Assembly (NCBI GenBank): GCA_045617665.1
Contig: JAZLIZ010000053.1
Span: forward strand, 2,844 to 66,843
Reading direction: 5' to 3'
DNA: 64,000 nt
From: Acutalibacteraceae bacterium
GTDB lineage: Bacteria > Bacillota > Clostridia > Oscillospirales > Acutalibacteraceae
Position numbers and translations under genes: made by a program. This document shows positions 58,723 through 64,000 of the stretch, in pieces; within the stretch, counting starts at the first letter, position 1; the number at the start of each line of letters is the position of its first letter. Below the pieces are notes generated by a model. It worked only from the letters and a program-made list of their open reading frames with translations. It was not told where the DNA came from and searched no databases.

Positions 58723-59841
58723 ATGCAGAAATTCAATATGGTTATTCCCTGCCTGTTAGGTATGGAATCGCTGATTTCAAATGAACTGAAAAATCTTGAA
58801 GCGGAAAATGTTGTTGCCGAAAACGGCAGAGTGTTATTCAGCGGAGATGAAAATATACTTGCCCGTGTGAATATATGCTCGAGATTTTCCGAAAGAGTAC
58901 AGATTTTGGCAGGCTCCTTTACGGCAAAGACCTTTGAAGAGCTTTTTCAGGGCACAAAGGCTCTTGACTGGGAGAGATATATTGCAGATGATGATGAATT
59001 CCCGGTTAAAGGCTATTCAATCAATTCAACCCTTTTTTCAACAAGAGACTGTCAGGCGATAATAAAAAAAGCGGTTGTCGAAAGACTTAAACAGAAATAT
59101 AAAAAAGAGTGGTTTGACGAAACGGGCCCCGTCCATCAGATTCAGTTTTCAATAAACAAGGATGTTGTTTCGCTTTTGATTGATACCTCCGGCGCGGGGC
59201 TTCACAAAAGGGGATACAGGCTTGATGCCAACGGCGCTCCCATTAAAGAAACCCTTGCGGCGGCTTTGTGCGAGCTTTCACATCTTCGCCCCTACCATAA
59301 ATTTTATGACCCTCTCTGCGGCTCCGGAACAATTCTTGTTGAGGGTGCTTTAATGGCAAGAAATATCGCCCCCGGAATAAACAGGCATTTTTCCGCAGAA
59401 CGCTTTGAGCAGATTAACAGGGCTGTTTGGAATGAGGAGAGAGAAAGGGCAAAATCTCTTGAAAGAGAGTGCCGCAATTTTCAGGCGTTCGGCTCGGATA
59501 TTGACCGTGGTGCAATAGAAATTGCCAAAACGAATGCCGAAAGAGCCGGCGTTGCGGATTTAATAGATTTCAGACTTGCGGATGTAAAAAGCTTTGCAGG
59601 CTCCACCGAAAGGGGAACGCTTATTTGCAACCCTCCCTACGGTGAAAGAATGCTCGATTTAGAGGAATGTGAAAAGCTTTATAAGGAAATGGGCAGAGTG
59701 TTTGAGAAAAAACACGGCTGGTCATATACGGTTATCAGCCCGGATGAGGAGTTTGAAACGGCGTTCGGCAGAAAGGCGGATAAACGCAGAAAGCTTTATA
59801 ACGGTATGATTAAATGCCAGGTATATATGTACTTCAAATAA
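58723..59841 (+). CDS. THUMP-domain RNA methyltransferase (RlmL/YpsC-like)
   Basis: LHKRGYR, APIKETLAA, DPLCGSGT, NPPYGER. Confidence 0.92.
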   Translation: MQKFNMVIPCLLGMESLISNELKNLEAENVVAENGRVLFSGDENILARVNICSRFSERVQILAGSFTAKTFEELFQGTKALDWERYIADDDEFPVKGYSINSTLFSTRDCQAIIKKAVVERLKQKYKKEWFDETGPVHQIQFSINKDVVSLLIDTSGAGLHKRGYRLDANGAPIKETLAAALCELSHLRPYHKFYDPLCGSGTILVEGALMARNIAPGINRHFSAERFEQINRAVWNEERERAKSLERECRNFQAFGSDIDRGAIEIAKTNAERAGVADLIDFRLADVKSFAGSTERGTLICNPPYGERMLDLEECEKLYKEMGRVFEKKHGWSYTVISPDEEFETAFGRKADKRRKLYNGMIKCQVYMYFK

Positions 59842-59853
59842 GGAGACAGAGTT

Positions 59854-60774
59854 ATGAAACATTATTTTGTAGTTAACCCCAATGCGGGTCAGGGTAAGTT
59901 ATCTGCCTATGAATTTATTAAAGGCGAGATAAAAAAGGTTGCGGAAAAATATGACCTTGATTATGAAATACACACCACGGTAAAGCAGGGTGACGGTAAG
60001 GATTTTACAAGGCAGATAGGTGAAAGCGGAGAGGAAGCAAGAATTTATGCCTGCGGCGGTGACGGAACACTCTATGAGGTCGTAAACGGTGCATACGGCT
60101 ATAAAAATCTTGAGGTAACCGCTGTTCCTCTTGGCTCGGGTAACGATTTTGTACGCTATTTCGGTGAAAGAGAACAGTTTCAGAATCTTGAGAATCTCAT
60201 CAATGGCGTTCCCTGTGAAATGGATGTTATTAAGTGTGATGATGAAATTGCAATTAACCAGTGTTCCATGGGTATGGATGCAGAGGTCTGCGCAATGCAG
60301 AGCAAAATAAAAAAATATCCCCTTGTAACAGGTGAGGGCGCATATACAATCGGTTGCCTTTACGCAATAATAAAAAAGTTCAGAAACAGATTTACACTCA
60401 CCTATGAAAACGGTGAAACCGTAACAAAGGATGCTCTCCTTTGCGTTATCGGTAACGCCAGCTATTACGGCGGCGGCTATAAGGCTGCTCCTCTTGCAGT
60501 ACCCAATGACGGATTGCTTGACAATATTGTGCTTGAATCTTCATTTTCAAGGCTGAAGCTTGCTAAAATTCTCGGTAAATATAAAAAAGGTGAGCATCTT
60601 GGCTGGAAAGAAACGGATTTCAGAAGAATAAAGAAGCTTGAAGTGCATACCGAAACTCCATCGGCTGTTAATGTTGACGGTGAGTGCCATTTCACAACGG
60701 ATGCAAGCTTTGAAATTGTTGAAAAGGCAATTAAATTTGTTTTGCCAAAAGATAATGAGTTTTTGAAAAAGTGA
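59854..60774 (+). CDS. Diacylglycerol kinase family lipid kinase (DagK/YegS-like)
   Basis: VNPNAG, CGGDGT, PLGSGNDF, GNASYYGGG, NVDGE. Confidence 0.9.
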   Translation: MKHYFVVNPNAGQGKLSAYEFIKGEIKKVAEKYDLDYEIHTTVKQGDGKDFTRQIGESGEEARIYACGGDGTLYEVVNGAYGYKNLEVTAVPLGSGNDFVRYFGEREQFQNLENLINGVPCEMDVIKCDDEIAINQCSMGMDAEVCAMQSKIKKYPLVTGEGAYTIGCLYAIIKKFRNRFTLTYENGETVTKDALLCVIGNASYYGGGYKAAPLAVPNDGLLDNIVLESSFSRLKLAKILGKYKKGEHLGWKETDFRRIKKLEVHTETPSAVNVDGECHFTTDASFEIVEKAIKFVLPKDNEFLKK

Positions 60775-60784
60775 GGAAATGATT

Positions 60785-61282
60785 ATGAAATACTGTGTAA
60801 ACTGCGGCGCATCGCTTGATGATGATGCAAAATTCTGCGTTTCGTGCGGCACAAAGGTCGAGGAGCAGAATGTTAATTCGGGCGAATATAACAGCACCGA
60901 AAGTTATGAGGGTCAGACTGTAAAGGACAAGGTGTTTGATGCCTTTGAAAACACGGAGGATACCACTGCCGATTTTGACCCCTATGATGTTGAGCATAAT
61001 AAGCTTCTTGCTCTGCTCTCATATTTAAATATTCTGTTTATCGTTCCCCTTGTTGCGGCTCCCGATTCAAAATTTGCAAGATTTCACGCAAACCAGGGGC
61101 TTGTGCTTTTCCTTTTCAGCTTAATAACAAAGGTTGTTTTTGCAGTTCCGGTTGTCGGCTGGATTGTCGGCGCCGTTTTTGAGGTGATAATCGTTATCGG
61201 CCTCATTTCGGGCATTATTAATGTTCTTAAGGGCAAGGCAAAGGAACTGCCCGTAATCGGAAAGTACAGGATAATCAAATAA
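60785..61282 (+). CDS. Zinc-ribbon / DUF4870-like membrane protein
   Basis: YCVNCG..FCVSCG, FARFHANQGL, KELPVIG. Confidence 0.82.
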   Translation: MKYCVNCGASLDDDAKFCVSCGTKVEEQNVNSGEYNSTESYEGQTVKDKVFDAFENTEDTTADFDPYDVEHNKLLALLSYLNILFIVPLVAAPDSKFARFHANQGLVLFLFSLITKVVFAVPVVGWIVGAVFEVIIVIGLISGIINVLKGKAKELPVIGKYRIIK

Positions 61283-62427
61283 TGAAAAATGAACTTAAAT
61301 TTAATGCTGACGGCAAGCTTAAAATACTTCAGGTCAGCGACCCGCAGGATTTGAAGTTTGTTCGCAAAGCAATGGTTGAAATGCTTGATGCGGCTTATGA
61401 TAAAATTCAGCCCGACCTTGTTTTGTTCACAGGCGATAATATTCTCGGTAATCATCTGCTTGATAAAAGAATAGGTGACGGCCATTTTGCAGAGGGCAAA
61501 GAGGCTACACTGCAGAGTATGAAGGAATCCATAAGTTATATTATGGAGCCTCTTGAAAAAAGGCAGATTCCCACCGCAATGATTTACGGCAACCATGATG
61601 ATATGAACCTTATCACCAAGGAAGAACAGATTGAAATTTACAGAGCCTATTCCTGCTGTATGGAGATGAATACGGATAATCCGTCTGTTGACTGTGACAC
61701 CTATTCAATCGCCTTAAAGGATGATGAGGGCAGAACTGTATTTAATCTGTTTATGCTTGATTCTGCCTGGCAGGATAATGACGGCGAAAGAAAATGCCAT
61801 TGTGAAATAAAAAAAGAAACCGTTGAATGGTATAAAAAAGAAAGCCAGCGTCTTCGTGATGAAAACGGCGGCGGCAATATTCCGTCAATTATGTTTTTGC
61901 ATATTCCTCTGCCCGAAATATTTGAGCTTACGAAGGAGTGCGGCAAGGATGTTGATTTTGCCATTAAAACTCCCGATGATAAATATATTCACCTCATACC
62001 CGGCAAAGCAAAGGGCTATATGATGGAATATCCGTCTGTCGTAAACGAATCAAACGGACTTTTTGATGCTGTAAAAGGGCAGGGGAATGTAAAGGCAATT
62101 GTCAACGGCCACGACCATATAAATAACTTTGCGGGTACTGTTGACGGCGTTGATTTTATTTCAACCGGCTGTGCTTCATTCCGCTGTTACGGTGACAGCA
62201 GAACAAGGGGCGTTCGCCTTTTTGAAATCAGTAAGGACGGAACATATACAACAAAGTTCTTTACCTATGAGGATTTGTGCGGCAACAGCCTTAAAACAAA
62301 ACTTCATTACTATAATGATGCGGATGAATTTGCCCGCAAAAAATGGACAATAATCGGTGCCGCCGGAGCAGTTGCTCTTGTCGGTATTACCGCCGCAGTA
62401 ATAGTAAAAAAACGCAAAAAGAAATAA
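61282..62427 (+). CDS. Metallophosphoesterase (Dcr2-like) with C-terminal membrane anchor
   Basis: VSDPQ, FTGDN, YGNHD, FLHIPLPE, NGHDHINN; TM helix + KKRKKK. Confidence 0.85.
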   Translation: MKNELKFNADGKLKILQVSDPQDLKFVRKAMVEMLDAAYDKIQPDLVLFTGDNILGNHLLDKRIGDGHFAEGKEATLQSMKESISYIMEPLEKRQIPTAMIYGNHDDMNLITKEEQIEIYRAYSCCMEMNTDNPSVDCDTYSIALKDDEGRTVFNLFMLDSAWQDNDGERKCHCEIKKETVEWYKKESQRLRDENGGGNIPSIMFLHIPLPEIFELTKECGKDVDFAIKTPDDKYIHLIPGKAKGYMMEYPSVVNESNGLFDAVKGQGNVKAIVNGHDHINNFAGTVDGVDFISTGCASFRCYGDSRTRGVRLFEISKDGTYTTKFFTYEDLCGNSLKTKLHYYNDADEFARKKWTIIGAAGAVALVGITAAVIVKKRKKK

Positions 62428-62433
62428 AAAAAT

Positions 62434-62467
62434 ATCCTCCCGAGTCTATGAACTGACTTGGGAGGAT
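62434..62467. terminator. Bidirectional terminator
   Basis: ATCCTCCCGAGTC / GACTTGGGAGGAT. Confidence 0.72.
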
Positions 62468-62483
62468 GAAACTTTTTATTCTG

Positions 62484-62711
62484 TTAACCCTGCTTTTCTT
62501 CTATATATTTTGCAACTTCACCGACGGTGCGCATTTTCATCAGCCTGTTTTCATCAATATTGATGTTAAATTCACTTTCAATAGCAACGGCAATGTTTAC
62601 AATATCAAGCGAATTAAGACCGAGGTCAGACCTTAATTCCGTGTTTTCATCAATAGAATCAGCGTCTGCATCTGCAAAATCAAGAATAAGATTTTTTAAT
62701 TTTTCAAGCAT
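62484..62711 (-). CDS. Acyl carrier protein / thiolation domain
   Basis: DLGLNSLD (phosphopantetheine Ser), IESEFNINI, TVGEVAKYI. Confidence 0.9.
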   Translation of the reverse strand: MLEKLKNLILDFADADADSIDENTELRSDLGLNSLDIVNIAVAIESEFNINIDENRLMKMRTVGEVAKYIEEKQG

Positions 62712-62723
62712 AAGTTTTCTCCT

Positions 62724-64000
62724 TTATGCGAGAGCATTGTAAATTTCTTTTATTTTCATTTCAGGATTTTTACAGCCCATATTAAGCGCCTTAACGGTGT
62801 TTTCGTGAAGAGCGTTTATATTTTCTTCGGTAATATGGTTTGTTCTGTAAAGATAGGCAAATTTAAGAGAATTATTTTTGAAATCTTTCATTGTGTAGGT
62901 GTAGAGGGGCATAACATATCTGCCGATGTTGTAGCCGTTAAATTCATATTTCCAGCCGTTCATAGTGCTTTCCTCAAGCGGAAACCATGAAAACATCATT
63001 GTTGAAGCACCGTCAGCCATACCGTAGTTAAAGATTTCTCCCTCAACATCTCTCCATTCTGTAAAGGGATAATCCTGATGCCTGAATATTTTATATTGCA
63101 ATTCTTTCATTTTGTCAAGTGCTTCGCTGAAAGTTAATTCCGGGTCAAGAATAATCCGCCAGGGCAGGGTGCTTGTCATTGAGCCGCCGCAGCGCTTATC
63201 GGCAAGGGTCTTTCGTCTTGTGCAGAGGGTGACGAAATATGTGTCAATAATGCCGTCATTTACGCTTTCATTCAGCTTTGCAAGGTATAATCTCATACCG
63301 AGCTGAATAAGACATTCGGGCGAAACGCCGTTGTTATCAATATAATCAAGGATTGCACGGCTGTCTTCACTTGAAATGGGTTTTTTCAACAGCTCTGATT
63401 TATCGTGTATCGGGTCAAAGCTTGCCAAAACTCTGAGCTTCGGATTTTTCTTTTTTACTCTTGCTTTTTGCAGCAGCTCCGGGCCGTGAACTCCGTTAAA
63501 AATCGGCGCACCGCCGGATTTGAAAAAGTCTGCGTAAAATTCCTTATCCGCATTGACCTTTTCTTCATCATTTATATATGCAAGCTCTTTTGCGATTGCG
63601 TTTTTGAAGCTTGCAAGAGGCTTCGGCATTTGAGCTTCGCCTGTCAAGGCATCATAAACGGCAAATAAATCCGAAAAGAATACAAAAACTGCGGCGGCAT
63701 CCATTGTTAAATGGTTAACATTGATGTAAATTCCCTGTCTGCCGTCATAGGTGTTAAAGAAAATAAAACGGTATATTTCACCTTTCATATGGTGAACGGT
63801 TTCCTTAGCATCCTTTTCTAAATACCGTTCCTGCTCCTCTTTGGTTGAAAAGCTTAAAACGGGTATATTTTCTTCTTTATATTCATCAAGAAAATACTGG
63901 TAATATTTACCGCTCTTTTTGAAATAACGCAAACGCATACAGTCGTTTCGCTCAATCTCAATATTAAGGGCTTTTTTCATTATTTCAAAATCAACTTTTT
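62724..64000 (-). CDS. Stand-alone NRPS-type condensation domain protein (5' end probably beyond the window)
   Basis: NHLTMDA variant of HHxxxDG, RHQDYPF; frame stays open upstream of ATG 63980 (KVDFEI-M). Confidence 0.82.
   Translation of the reverse strand, partial: KVDFEIMKKALNIEIERNDCMRLRYFKKSGKYYQYFLDEYKEENIPVLSFSTKEEQERYLEKDAKETVHHMKGEIYRFIFFNTYDGRQGIYINVNHLTMDAAAVFVFFSDLFAVYDALTGEAQMPKPLASFKNAIAKELAYINDEEKVNADKEFYADFFKSGGAPIFNGVHGPELLQKARVKKKNPKLRVLASFDPIHDKSELLKKPISSEDSRAILDYIDNNGVSPECLIQLGMRLYLAKLNESVNDGIIDTYFVTLCTRRKTLADKRCGGSMTSTLPWRIILDPELTFSEALDKMKELQYKIFRHQDYPFTEWRDVEGEIFNYGMADGASTMMFSWFPLEESTMNGWKYEFNGYNIGRYVMPLYTYTMKDFKNNSLKFAYLYRTNHITEENINALHENTVKALNMGCKNPEMKIKEIYNALA

Overview
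A 64 kb chromosomal window from an anaerobic Firmicute; the gene set and order are Clostridia-like, probably Oscillospirales (inferred). Most of it is housekeeping: tig-clpP-clpX, murF-ddl, rpmG-secE-nusG-rplK-rplA, uvrC, secG, luxS, tgt, lon-engB, two M16 peptidases-lgt-folD, rpsO-pnp, a GH38 mannosidase and a divIC-like gene. There are also many lipid/ester hydrolases and metallophosphoesterases. The main accessory region is a ~2.6 kb decayed island right after tRNA-Ser(GGA), about 18.55-21.16 kb. It holds (i) a four-helix-bundle (23S-IVP/Avd-like) gene plus a GNAT gene, bracketed by two related mosaic arrays of short GC-rich hairpins joined by TATATCAT/ATGATATA linkers; (ii) an orphan type II CRISPR mini-array (two 36-nt repeats, two spacers) directly abutting a complete-looking tracrRNA, with no cas gene in the window; and (iii) an apparent deletion joining a truncated Gfo/Idh/MocA gene to the 3' end of a WYL regulator. 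Other points of interest are a CrtI-like FAD oxidoreductase/ferredoxin reductase/lipase operon, a stand-alone condensation domain plus ACP at the right edge, an orphan fumarase alpha subunit and a solo KilA-N gene. All assignments come from reading motifs by eye; no database searches were run.
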